64,000 nt of DNA from an uncultured Chitinophagaceae bacterium (GTDB lineage: Bacteria > Bacteroidota > Ignavibacteria > UBA10030 > UBA8401), in NCBI GenBank assembly GCA_964439265.1, contig CAYTOA010000002.1, positions 46,589-110,588 on the forward strand. The letters are read 5' to 3'. Below, one piece after another: positions 44,951 through 54,306 of the stretch. Made by a program: the position numbers and the translations under genes. The first letter of the stretch is position 1. Each line of letters starts with the position of its first letter. The notes beneath the pieces are model-generated. The model was not told where the DNA came from. It saw only the letters and a list, made by a program, of their open reading frames with translations, and did not search any database.

Positions 44951-46690
44951 ATGAAATTGGGCAAAACGTTACTATTTGTTCTTTGCTTAGTTCTGGTCGC
45001 CAGTATCGCCCAGGCGAAAGTGATTCATGGGGGCAAGGTTGCCGGTGACACAGTACTGATCATTCCGCAGACAACGATCGCGCCCGTCATCGACGGCGTA
45101 GTGGATCCAATTTGGAATTTGGTAGATGCTACGTGGATGGAATATTGCCTACCTCAAAGCGGCAACTACCCAAGCGACTGGTCAGACATTTCTGGCTGGG
45201 TCAAGCTGCTGTACGACAGCCATAATCTCTATGGCCTCTACTATGTTCAGGACGACGTGATCGATACGACGACCGCCATAGACTGGCAAATGGACGGTGT
45301 GGAGTTCTATATCGACGCAAACAATACCCATACGTCTACCATTAGCGTTAACCAGGCTTCGTCTGTTGCATATCAATTCAATTTACGACCCGCTCAAAAC
45401 ATCGACTCTGTTGAAGGAAAAACAGGAGCAGGAGTAGGGAAGGGCTTAAAGTATAAATGGATCTTGGATACGGCTTCGATTCACAACGGCGGTCCGAGCG
45501 GTTATTTTGTGGAATTTTCGTTCCCGTTGGATAGTATCGGTTTCAAGAACAAAACGGTTCCAGGCACGAAAGTCAGTGTGCAATTTCAGCTGGACGATAA
45601 CGATCTTACTGCAGACGGCAGGATCCATGTCATGAACTGGTGGAATTCGCCGAACAATACTGATTACCAGACGACACAGGGCTGGGGCAATGCTGTTTTC
45701 AGTACAGACCCTGCAATTGACACAAAATACGTGTTCTTGAAGACTACAACAGCTCCAGTCATCGACGGCAAGCGGGATGCGATTTGGGATCTTGCAAACC
45801 AAGCATCCATGGATTATCTCTTAAATCAACCCTTAGGCAATGTTCTAAGCAATGTTAATCCTCAGGATAACAGTTGGAAATTCTATGGCTTGTATGATGA
45901 CAAATACATTTATGGTCTCTTCACAGTTTATGACGATATCATCGATACTACCACAGCTGTTGATTGGCAGATGGACGGGATAGAGTTCTATACAGACGCG
46001 AACAATACCCACACATCGACGATAAGCGTAAATCAGGCCAGTTCTCTCGCATACCAGCTTAATTTAAGGCCCGCGCAGAAGATCGACTCGGTTCAGCCAG
46101 CGATCAACAAGGGCCTCCAATACAAGTGGTCTCTCTTTGGCCAGGGTCATGAAAATGATACCGTTTTCAGTAGCATGTCCGGCTGGCAGTTAGAATTCAA
46201 ATACTCCCTTGACAGTTTGGGCCTTGGCGGCGCAACGCTTGGGAAGATATTCAGCTTCCAATTGCAAGTTGATGACAACGACCTGACTACCGATAACCGC
46301 GTTCATGTTTCAAATTGGTGGAATTCGATCGCCAATTCCGATTACCAGACGACACAGTATTGGGGCGATGCCGTCCTCGGTCCGACGATCGTTACGGCTG
46401 TGAAGGCTCAAAAGACTTCAGTTGCCAGCGAGTACCGACTTGAACAAAATTATCCGAATCCGTTCAACCCATCCACGCAGATCACATTCACGCTTGCAAA
46501 GAGCGGAATCGTGAAACTCGCCGTCTACAACATACTGGGACAGCAGGTTGCTACGTTGGTGAACGGGACAAGGAATGCCGGTCCTCAAGCTGTTACATTC
46601 AATGCCAGTTCACTTTCCAGCGGCGTCTATTTCTATAAATTAGAGGCAGGCGGGACGGTGTTAGCAAAGAAAATGATGTTGTTGAAGTAA
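44951..46690 (+). CDS. Secreted protein with two tandem CBM9-like (DOMON-like carbohydrate-binding) domains and a T9SS C-terminal sorting domain
   Basis: Signal peptide ...ASIAQAK. Two copies of PVIDG..D.IW......W(K)LLYD...LYGL..V.DD.IDTTTA.DWQMDG.EFY.DANNTH. The CTD reads [14 protein letters not shown]...VYNILGQQV...SGVYFYKLEAGG...KKMMLLK. Confidence 0.8.
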   Translation: MKLGKTLLFVLCLVLVASIAQAKVIHGGKVAGDTVLIIPQTTIAPVIDGVVDPIWNLVDATWMEYCLPQSGNYPSDWSDISGWVKLLYDSHNLYGLYYVQDDVIDTTTAIDWQMDGVEFYIDANNTHTSTISVNQASSVAYQFNLRPAQNIDSVEGKTGAGVGKGLKYKWILDTASIHNGGPSGYFVEFSFPLDSIGFKNKTVPGTKVSVQFQLDDNDLTADGRIHVMNWWNSPNNTDYQTTQGWGNAVFSTDPAIDTKYVFLKTTTAPVIDGKRDAIWDLANQASMDYLLNQPLGNVLSNVNPQDNSWKFYGLYDDKYIYGLFTVYDDIIDTTTAVDWQMDGIEFYTDANNTHTSTISVNQASSLAYQLNLRPAQKIDSVQPAINKGLQYKWSLFGQGHENDTVFSSMSGWQLEFKYSLDSLGLGGATLGKIFSFQLQVDDNDLTTDNRVHVSNWWNSIANSDYQTTQYWGDAVLGPTIVTAVKAQKTSVASEYRLEQNYPNPFNPSTQITFTLAKSGIVKLAVYNILGQQVATLVNGTRNAGPQAVTFNASSLSSGVYFYKLEAGGTVLAKKMMLLK

Positions 46691-46710
46691 CATCACGATA
46701 GACTCACAGA

Positions 46711-46749
46711 AAGCGTCTGTGGATCAATTGCCGCAGACGCTTTTTTTTA
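46711..46749 (+). terminator. Rho-independent terminator after the CBM9-like gene
   Basis: A 12-bp stem AAGCGTCTGTGG / CCGCAGACGCTT (one G-U pair) followed by a run of nine T. Confidence 0.75.
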
Positions 46750-46786
46750 CAGTTCACATTATTTGTGTCCGTCGGAGTCGCTGAAA

Positions 46787-48748
46787 ATGCATCTTCATAT
46801 TATCGACATTGGAATTATCCTTCTTTACATCACGTCGACCATCTTTATCGGCTTCTACATTTCGAAAAGAGCCTCTAAGGACATTCATAACTATTTTCTC
46901 GGGGGAAACAGTATTCCCTGGTGGCTCTTAGGCGTTTCCGATGCCTCGGGAATGTTCGACATCGCGGGCACCATGCTTCTGGTCTACTGGCTCTCGGTGT
47001 ACGGAATGAAAAGTATTTGGATACCTTGGATCTGGCCGGTCTTCAACCAAATCTTCCTCATGGTATATTTGTCTCCGTGGCTGCGCAGATCGAACGCAAT
47101 GACCGGTGCAGAATGGCTGAAAACACGGTTTGGAACGGGGAGAGGAGCGACCCTCTCACACTTCGCCGTGGTTATTTTTGCCCTCATCAGCGTTATAGGC
47201 TTCCTGTCGTATGGCTTCAAAGGAATCGGGAAATTCGCCGTTGCGTTTCTTCCCCCACTGGTCACCGACCCCGCGATCCTGATTCATTATCCCCAGATCA
47301 ATGCAAACCTCTATGCGTTGATCCTCATGGCGATCACGACGATCTATGTCGTGAAGGGAGGGATGATGAGCGTGGTGGCGACCGAGGTGGTGCAGTATTG
47401 CATCTTAACGGTTTCCGCTATTGCGATCGGATGCATCGCGATGTACCACGTTTCGCCGGAGATGATATCGAGCGTCGTACCGGCGGGATGGAAGACACTG
47501 TTCTTTGGCTCGAACCTGAATCTTGATTGGTCGTCAGTACATTCTGCGGCCGCCACGAAAGTTGTCGCCTTCAACCAGTGGATCAAGACAGATGGATATT
47601 CTCTTTTCGGCATTTTTTTTGGAATGATGGTATTCAAAGGTCTCTTTGTCGCCGGAGCGGGCCCCGCTCCAAACTACGACATGCAGCGCATTCTCTCAAC
47701 GCGGAGCCCGAAAGAAGCCGCAAAAATGAATTCTCTCGTCAGCGTTGTGCTTAATCCGACGCGTTATTTCATGGTAGCCGGACTGACGGTTCTCGCTCTG
47801 ACGAATTTCGACACGCTCTATAAGAGTTCTACGACAACTCCGGATTTCGAAGCAATTCTTTCGGAAGTGCTCGCACACTATGTTCCGGTGGGTCTCCTCG
47901 GCCTTCTCATGGCTGGTTTCATTGCGGCATTTATGAGCAACTTTGCCGCTACGGTGAACGCTGCTCCCGCGTATATTGTGAACGACATCTATAAACGCTA
48001 CATAAATCCGAACGCGGCGTCGAAGAAATATGTGCGCATGAGCTATGTCGCCTCCATTGCCGTCGTCATCGTGGGCATCACAACGGGATTCTTCGTCGAG
48101 TCCATTAATCAGATCGCTCTGTGGATCGTCGCTTCGTTGTGGGGAGGGTATACGGCTGCCAACGTCCTGAAATGGTACTGGTGGAGGTTTAACGGCTTCG
48201 GGTATTTTGTGGGAATGGTTTCCGGCATTGCTACGTCCTTGATCCTCCTTCTCCTCCAAAGTCTCAATCTATTTCCGTATCTGAACGATTGGCCTCTTCC
48301 TGCCAATCCGAGTATGAATTCATTTCCGCTTATTTTCTTAATCTCAATTATCGGCTGCGTCACTGCGACGCTCTTAACCGAACCAGAGAGCGACGAAGTG
48401 CTGATGAGTTTTTACCGTTCCATTCGCCCGTGGGGTTTCTGGAAGCCGATCCATGAGAAAGTTGTCCGTGTCTCTCCTGGATTTGTCGGGAATAAAAACT
48501 TCAAGCGAGATATGGCAAACGTTGCCGTGGGAATGACTTGGCAAATTACGCTGATGGCAACGCCGGTCTTCCTGGTGCTTCGGGAATTCTCCTCCTTCGG
48601 TATCTGTATCGGTGTCCTTATCGTGACATCGCTGATTCTAAAATTTAACTGGTGGGATAAACTTGATGCGTCGTATGGCGACAACTCCGTTGTGTCGGAA
48701 GGTTCAATCGTTGAAAAGGAGATTCCGCTTGCATTAAAAGAAGCGTAA
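46787..48748 (+). CDS. Sodium:solute symporter family (SSS) transporter
   Basis: About 13-14 TM helices. The N-terminus IIDIGIILLYITSTIFIGFYISKRASKDIHNYFLGGNSIPWW is typical of SSS/SGLT-like carriers. I prefer the ATG at 46787. Confidence 0.85.
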   Translation: MHLHIIDIGIILLYITSTIFIGFYISKRASKDIHNYFLGGNSIPWWLLGVSDASGMFDIAGTMLLVYWLSVYGMKSIWIPWIWPVFNQIFLMVYLSPWLRRSNAMTGAEWLKTRFGTGRGATLSHFAVVIFALISVIGFLSYGFKGIGKFAVAFLPPLVTDPAILIHYPQINANLYALILMAITTIYVVKGGMMSVVATEVVQYCILTVSAIAIGCIAMYHVSPEMISSVVPAGWKTLFFGSNLNLDWSSVHSAAATKVVAFNQWIKTDGYSLFGIFFGMMVFKGLFVAGAGPAPNYDMQRILSTRSPKEAAKMNSLVSVVLNPTRYFMVAGLTVLALTNFDTLYKSSTTTPDFEAILSEVLAHYVPVGLLGLLMAGFIAAFMSNFAATVNAAPAYIVNDIYKRYINPNAASKKYVRMSYVASIAVVIVGITTGFFVESINQIALWIVASLWGGYTAANVLKWYWWRFNGFGYFVGMVSGIATSLILLLLQSLNLFPYLNDWPLPANPSMNSFPLIFLISIIGCVTATLLTEPESDEVLMSFYRSIRPWGFWKPIHEKVVRVSPGFVGNKNFKRDMANVAVGMTWQITLMATPVFLVLREFSSFGICIGVLIVTSLILKFNWWDKLDASYGDNSVVSEGSIVEKEIPLALKEA

Positions 48749-49085
48749 CCGATCATCAAAGAATGTTCCTTTGCGCGGTCACGCTGGATTTTAGAAACAA
48801 CGCCATTGCGTCACTCATGCCCGAACTGCAACGCCGGCCTCTGTAGATTTTTAGCTGATTTTTATTAGATTCTATATGCAATGAGCATCAGAGGATCACG
48901 CTTCTTGCGGGATGCGAACGTTATTCTATGCGCATTGTGATCTTGCCCCTCAAACTGAGGATACTCACTGACAAAGTGCGCTGTGGCAGCTTCTGATTCC
49001 ACGAATTAGCAGTGGTGACATGAAGTAATTGCCGGATAACGTGGCCCGACGGAAACCGCCCGCTTACGGTCCTCCAACGAATCGT

Positions 49086-51320
49086 ATGATCAATTTGACA
49101 CGCCGCAAAAAAATTCTTTTCATCACCATCTCGATCCTCTTGCCCTGCCTTTTCCTCGCTCTGATCGAAATTGGATTGCGACTGGTTTCATTCGGAGATG
49201 ACCTGCGGCTTTTTGTTCCGGGTTCGGATCTTCGCTACCTTGAAGCGAACCGGCTCGTCGGTAAAAGGTTCTTCAGTAAATTTGAGCAAACTCAACCCCC
49301 GCGTGACCCCTTCTTGAAAGAAAAGCCTTCCAACGGATACCGGATCTTCGTTCTTGGCGAGTCGACCGTTCAGGGTTTTCCGTATGAGCCCAACCTTGCT
49401 TTTCCCAGGATCTTGCAGCGACGACTTCAAGACGTGTTTCCAAACCGCACTATCGAAGTTGTAAACCTTGGCATGACGGCGGTGTCGAGTTATACCCTGC
49501 TCGATTTTGCGGGCGAAGTGCTTGAGCAGAATCCTGATGCAGTCTTGATCTATACGGGGCACAATGAGTACTACGGCGCTTTAGGCGTTGGCTCTATGGA
49601 AAACGGCTCAATTCCGAAGTGGCTGAAGAAAATACATTTAAGACTGGTGCATTTTAAAACATATCAGATGCTTCAGATATGCATTAACGAAATTTCGCGA
49701 TTTTTCAGTCCAACGGTCGAGAGTGCTAACAAGGCGACTCTGATGGAACGAATGGGTGCTAAGAACCAAATTCCCTACAATTCAACGGTCTACAGAGAGG
49801 GATTAAGCCAATTCTCCGATAACATAGGCGCATTACTGGAAGAATTGAAAGAAGCACACGTATCCGTTCTTATCGGTGACCTTGTCAGCAATGTTGGCGA
49901 CATGCCCCCATTTCAATCGGTTTCGTTGCCGACGGCTTCCTCGGCGGACTCGGCGTATTCTGCCGCGCAAGGCCTCATGGCTGCTCACGCGTATGGAGAG
50001 GCGAAGGCGGAATACCTCAGGGCCAAAGATCTGGATGCGATCCGTTTCAGGGCTCCCGAAGATTTGAACAGGTTGGTTGCGGCGATCGCGGATTCGCTTC
50101 ATATACCTCGCGTCCCTGTCAAGGCGATCTTTGAAAGTAATTCGCCGCATGGCATCGTGGGTGACAACTTGATGATCGACCATCTCCATCCCAACATCGA
50201 CGGCTATTTTCTCATGGCGGATGCCTTCTTCACGGCTTTGCGGGAGAACGAAATGATCGAGAGGAGCTGGGATTCCTCAAAAATAAGATCGCCGGGTTAT
50301 TACAGGAGCAACTGGGGATTCACCGAGCTCGACAGTATGTTTGCGGTCGTACGCATCCGGCATCTGAAAGCGGGATGGCCGTTTCAACCTGAGACGGTCG
50401 TCAACAATTTTCGAACGACATACGTGCCGAAAGGCATCATAGACTCGTTGGCATTTGTCAGCGTAGAGTATGTCGACGTTACGCCTGTCACGGCTCACAA
50501 GAGACTCGCTGCCTATTACGAATCGATGGGGGACCTGCGGCATGCGTCGAAAGAATATCTTTCATTGGCTTATCGGTCACCTTCGGAAGCCTCCTCCTTC
50601 TATTTTGCCGGCGACCTTGCGTACAAAGCGGGTGATTACTCGAATACGGTCCGATACCTTCAAGAATCGCCGTATCCCGATACAAGTTCGTTTGTCCAAT
50701 TTACTCTCGCGTCAATTTTTTCGTCGCAGCGAAAATACTATGAGGCGCTGGCCTCGCTTGCAAAACTCGAACAATTGCCGTTGGATAGAGGGATTTCGTT
50801 GCAGGCGGAGAAACTCAAATACAGGGTTCAGCAAGATTCAGGGCTCATCGATGGTGCTCAACAAACGCTGGCAGCGATAAGGAAGGTCGATCCGTTATTT
50901 GACGAATCGAACGAGAGAAAAAACCTTCTCATTTTGGTTCCGGGAAAGATAAAACCCTATTTGGAAAGGGCCGATGCACTAAAGAACGAGGGACACTTAT
51001 CGGAAGCGATCACCATACTGAAAGAAGCGAATAAGATTCGTGAGATACCTTACACCGACCTTCTTATCGGAAAGATGATGTTTGCTCAAAAAGATGCCGG
51101 CGCCCTGACGTATTTGGAAAAAGCATTTAAAGAAATCAAGAACGACCCGGCGCTTATATCCAGTCTTTGTCTGCTTTATTTGATGGATGGAAATATTCCA
51201 AAAGCCAAAGCGAGGCTTGACGATTTCGAAAGAATCGAGGGGAGAGATCAGCCGAGGTCCAAGCAGTTGGAAGCAATTCTCAAACGAGGCCAGGAACGAA
51301 GGAAGATAAACCGTAACTAG
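49086..51320 (+). CDS. Membrane-anchored SGNH/GDSL-type hydrolase-like domain fused to TPR repeats
   Basis: N-terminal anchor ILFITISILLPCLFLALIEIGL. RIFVLGESTVQGFPY (block I GxS) and LIYTGHNEYYG (block III GxNE). The C-terminal ~250 aa are TPR-like (AYYESMGDLRHASKEYLSLAY...). I chose the ATG at 49086. Confidence 0.65.
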   Translation: MINLTRRKKILFITISILLPCLFLALIEIGLRLVSFGDDLRLFVPGSDLRYLEANRLVGKRFFSKFEQTQPPRDPFLKEKPSNGYRIFVLGESTVQGFPYEPNLAFPRILQRRLQDVFPNRTIEVVNLGMTAVSSYTLLDFAGEVLEQNPDAVLIYTGHNEYYGALGVGSMENGSIPKWLKKIHLRLVHFKTYQMLQICINEISRFFSPTVESANKATLMERMGAKNQIPYNSTVYREGLSQFSDNIGALLEELKEAHVSVLIGDLVSNVGDMPPFQSVSLPTASSADSAYSAAQGLMAAHAYGEAKAEYLRAKDLDAIRFRAPEDLNRLVAAIADSLHIPRVPVKAIFESNSPHGIVGDNLMIDHLHPNIDGYFLMADAFFTALRENEMIERSWDSSKIRSPGYYRSNWGFTELDSMFAVVRIRHLKAGWPFQPETVVNNFRTTYVPKGIIDSLAFVSVEYVDVTPVTAHKRLAAYYESMGDLRHASKEYLSLAYRSPSEASSFYFAGDLAYKAGDYSNTVRYLQESPYPDTSSFVQFTLASIFSSQRKYYEALASLAKLEQLPLDRGISLQAEKLKYRVQQDSGLIDGAQQTLAAIRKVDPLFDESNERKNLLILVPGKIKPYLERADALKNEGHLSEAITILKEANKIREIPYTDLLIGKMMFAQKDAGALTYLEKAFKEIKNDPALISSLCLLYLMDGNIPKAKARLDDFERIEGRDQPRSKQLEAILKRGQERRKINRN

Positions 51321-51338
51321 CGTCGTTTCCAATAAATA

Positions 51339-51474
51339 ATCTTGTGTTTTTACCGCCAAGGCGCGGAGGACGCCAAGGGTATTGTTGCTCATTAATACTT
51401 ATAGCTTCTTAGCGTGCTTGGCGTCTTAGCGGTTATAAAAAAATGCAACATTATTTTTTGTGAAACAGCACTAG
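51339..51474. repeat. Structured interspersed repeat, copy B1 (same family as 19546-19675)
   Basis: It aligns end to end with copy A1 with only a few substitutions and a small indel. It starts 18 nt after the stop of the SGNH/TPR gene. Confidence 0.8.
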
Positions 51475-51654
51475 AAGTATCTCAAAAAACATGTCACCTT
51501 ATCCTTCCCTACGGGTCTACGACACGTAGGGTCGTGGACGATGCGCTCGCTCCGCTCGCTTACTCAGGATTAGCGGTTATTTGTTCACCCTGAGCAAGTC
51601 CCCCGAAGGGGGACGCGTCGAAGGGTCAGCGCAAAATCATTTTTGAGATACTAG
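51471..51654. repeat. ~180-bp element bounded by terminal inverted repeats (MITE-like), containing nested GC-rich hairpins
   Basis: The left end ctag(aag)tatctcaaaaa is the reverse complement of the right end tttttgagatactag. Internal hairpins include ccctacg..cgtaggg and cccccgaaggggg. No ORF. Confidence 0.55.
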
Positions 51655-51682
51655 TGTTCTTTATGAAAATAGTATAGTATCT

Positions 51683-51736
51683 CCGGCCAAGACGTTAAGC
51701 ACGTTTAGCGTGCTTGAGGTCAAAGAAAAACACTAC
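51683..51736. repeat. Truncated copy of the repeat family
   Basis: ccggccaagacgttaagcacgtttagcgtgcttgaggtc...gaaaaacactac shares the AAGCACG/CGTGCTT hairpin and the tail motif of A1, A2 and B1. Confidence 0.4.
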
Positions 51737-52082
51737 GCATGGCATCCCTGGCGCCTTGTGCTGAAAGCATCCCTTCGTACGTGGTGAAGGAAAGATGGAA
51801 GAGCTTTTGCTGGATCACAGTCCTCTAAATTCAGGTGAAAGTTCATTTTTTTCAAATCTCGAGTGTGGAGTGCGGCGGATTATTGCGGGTTTAACGACAT
51901 TATTTCATAACTGTGAGCAGAGCGGATGAGCAAAAGGCGAGTATGATGCCGTGTTATCAGATTCTTAATCAATACATTATCAATTTAGTAATGACGCTTT
52001 AATAAGCGATAGATAATGCTCACCCGTGCCGCAATTCATTTAGTTGTAATGCGGCACAGGATATGCATTGAACATTATCGCT

Positions 52083-53504
52083 ATGCAATTGTTGCACGAC
52101 ACGACTCTCCTCTATACCCTCATCGCGACGATTGCCGCAGGCGGAATAGTTATTTCCCGCGGACAAGATAGTCGAACCTTCGGACCGCTGAACCAGGGGA
52201 AAATGTATCCTTGGATCCTTCCCGCGCTTGCGATTCTTGCGAGTTCGATTTTTCAATTCTGGATTATCATGTTGCCGATTCTTCCCTTTGCGCACCCTGA
52301 GGTCTTGATTTTCTGCGCGCTGTCCGTTTCGCTTCTTGCTCCAGTTGTCCTTTCTCGCAATCCTGCCCATAGCGCCCGAAAATTTCGCGAGCTGCTCTCA
52401 TCACGACTCAGGACAACGCTTTCGATGATTCTGCTCGTTTTTTATGCTCTGGTTCAGCCCCTCGCATTCCTCTACCTCGCCGACCACACCCTCTCTCATT
52501 ACTTCATGAACTCCGGCTATTTCCTGCTAGTGTTTCTGATCGTGGTTGCTGGGATTTGTGCGTTGATTGGAGGGAAAAATATTTCGACGTACATGAGCAT
52601 GCCGTTTGTTCTCACCATCGTCGTCCTTGCAATTGGAGTATCGTATTTCGGGATAAAGATTCCGGAGCTTTTGGCTTTTTTGAGATTTCCGATGGAAGAA
52701 GCGGAGCATTTCTTCATCGAAAGAAATGTCGCTGAATCGAATTGGATTTATGGGACCGCAGGCTTCTGTGCCGTAAGTTGGTGGATATGGTGGAGTGATA
52801 AGGGCGTTCTCGTTGCGTCTGAAATGTCCGATGAAGAGGCGAATCCGCGTTCAACAGTTGTTGCCTCGATCGTCTGTGTCGGGCTCGCGTTGGTATTGCT
52901 CTCGTTGCGTTCATCCGGAATTGTTTTGCAGACGAACTCATCGATGGGACCTTCTTTATTTCTTCGGCAGAACGACGTCTTCACGTTCTTTCTCTTGTTC
53001 GGCCTGGTCTCGGTCTTTATTTCTGCATTCGTTCAGTCATTCCAGATCATCGGCAGAGTAGTTCAGGCTTATTTGATCAGCGCTGTGCTGCAAAGAGAAA
53101 AAAGCGAGAAGCATCGCTTGGCAGCTCGCCTTGCGATTTCATCGGGAGTTTTGGTTTCTATTTTTGTTATCCCGTTCGTACAGCAGTCGGGGGTTGAATT
53201 GGTGTTCGTCTATCTGGCATACCTCGCATGTTTTGCGACACCGCTGTCGGCGCTCTTTGTGGTTTTTTTAATCTGGCGGGATCGAAGCGAGACAGGAATG
53301 ATCGCCGGTTTTGTCGGCGGCCTGAGCGGAGGCATTATTGCCATGACAGCCCTGTTCCTGGAACGGAAGCCCGGTCAAGATTCGTGGCTGTCTCTCTACG
53401 AAATTGCTGCGGGGATATTCTTAGTTTCGGCCGCATGCACGATTTGCGGAATCTACCTTCATTCTTCAAGGGTGTACCTCCGCCTCTCATCCAAAGAGCC
53501 TTGA
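52083..53504 (+). CDS. Polytopic membrane protein (~12 TM), possibly a divergent SSS-like transporter
   Basis: Strongly hydrophobic throughout. Segments such as ICALIGGKNISTYM and PLSALFVVFLIWRDRSETGMIAGFVGGLSGG resemble SSS-family helices, but I saw no clear signature. The start is the ATG at 52083 or the TTG at 52068. Confidence 0.5.
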   Translation: MQLLHDTTLLYTLIATIAAGGIVISRGQDSRTFGPLNQGKMYPWILPALAILASSIFQFWIIMLPILPFAHPEVLIFCALSVSLLAPVVLSRNPAHSARKFRELLSSRLRTTLSMILLVFYALVQPLAFLYLADHTLSHYFMNSGYFLLVFLIVVAGICALIGGKNISTYMSMPFVLTIVVLAIGVSYFGIKIPELLAFLRFPMEEAEHFFIERNVAESNWIYGTAGFCAVSWWIWWSDKGVLVASEMSDEEANPRSTVVASIVCVGLALVLLSLRSSGIVLQTNSSMGPSLFLRQNDVFTFFLLFGLVSVFISAFVQSFQIIGRVVQAYLISAVLQREKSEKHRLAARLAISSGVLVSIFVIPFVQQSGVELVFVYLAYLACFATPLSALFVVFLIWRDRSETGMIAGFVGGLSGGIIAMTALFLERKPGQDSWLSLYEIAAGIFLVSAACTICGIYLHSSRVYLRLSSKEP

Positions 53505-53640
53505 GCCGTCACCGACCCGCCCTCTTCAATACCGCTATTCGAAATAAAGTATTCCGCGAATGCTTCTGTATTTGTTAATCCTGCGTCGCTCCCGGAACAC
53601 GCACAGCGAAAGTGGAAATAGGATTAGGCCGTCGTCGACA

Positions 53641-54231
53641 TCACCTCTTTATTAGTCCCAACGGCATGAGCGCTCTGCCAAAAATATCGTTTAATATTAG
53701 CGCCATTCCAGTGTAGCAGGCAGAAAGTCCGCAGATGATTCCTTCAAAGCCGGTAAATTGTTTTAGTGGCACGCTGTCGGTTGCATCGCCAAGAGCCAGA
53801 AGAAAAAAGAGAACCGTCAGCGTTCCGAAGACCACCTGCAAGGCGCGGGATAATTTCAGCGTTCCGAAGAACATGAACATCGTGAAGACTCCCCATAACG
53901 TGAGGAAGCAGATCATCCCCGGCTTTGACGTGGGTTCTCCCATGCCCAGTTTTGGCATGAGGATCAACGCAACAAGGATCAGCCAGAAAAATCCGTAGGA
54001 AGAGAATGCGGTCATCCCGAAGGTATTGTTCTTTTTCCATTCCATGACGCCGGCAATGATCTGTGCCATTCCACCGTAGAATATTCCCATTGCAAGGATC
54101 ATCGAGTTGAATTCATAAAATCCGGCGTTGTGGATATTTAACAGGACCGTCGTCATACCGAATGCTAGTAAGCCAAGTGGTGCTGGATTGGCGGTTGTGT
54201 CTTTTATCTCGTATCTGGCGACATCGCTCAT
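53641..54231 (-). CDS. satP: GPR1/FUN34/YaaH-family acetate/succinate channel
   Basis: Family signature NPAPLGLLAFGMTTVLLN near the N-terminus, six TM helices and ~196 aa. An ATG at 54231 follows AGGAA. Confidence 0.85.
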   Translation of the reverse strand: MSDVARYEIKDTTANPAPLGLLAFGMTTVLLNIHNAGFYEFNSMILAMGIFYGGMAQIIAGVMEWKKNNTFGMTAFSSYGFFWLILVALILMPKLGMGEPTSKPGMICFLTLWGVFTMFMFFGTLKLSRALQVVFGTLTVLFFLLALGDATDSVPLKQFTGFEGIICGLSACYTGMALILNDIFGRALMPLGLIKR

Positions 54232-54306
54232 GGTAATTCCTTTCAATGGTTGGTTGAACGGGTTTAGGGATGACGTATCAGGATTGTTTCATGGTCCCTT
54301 TTGGTT

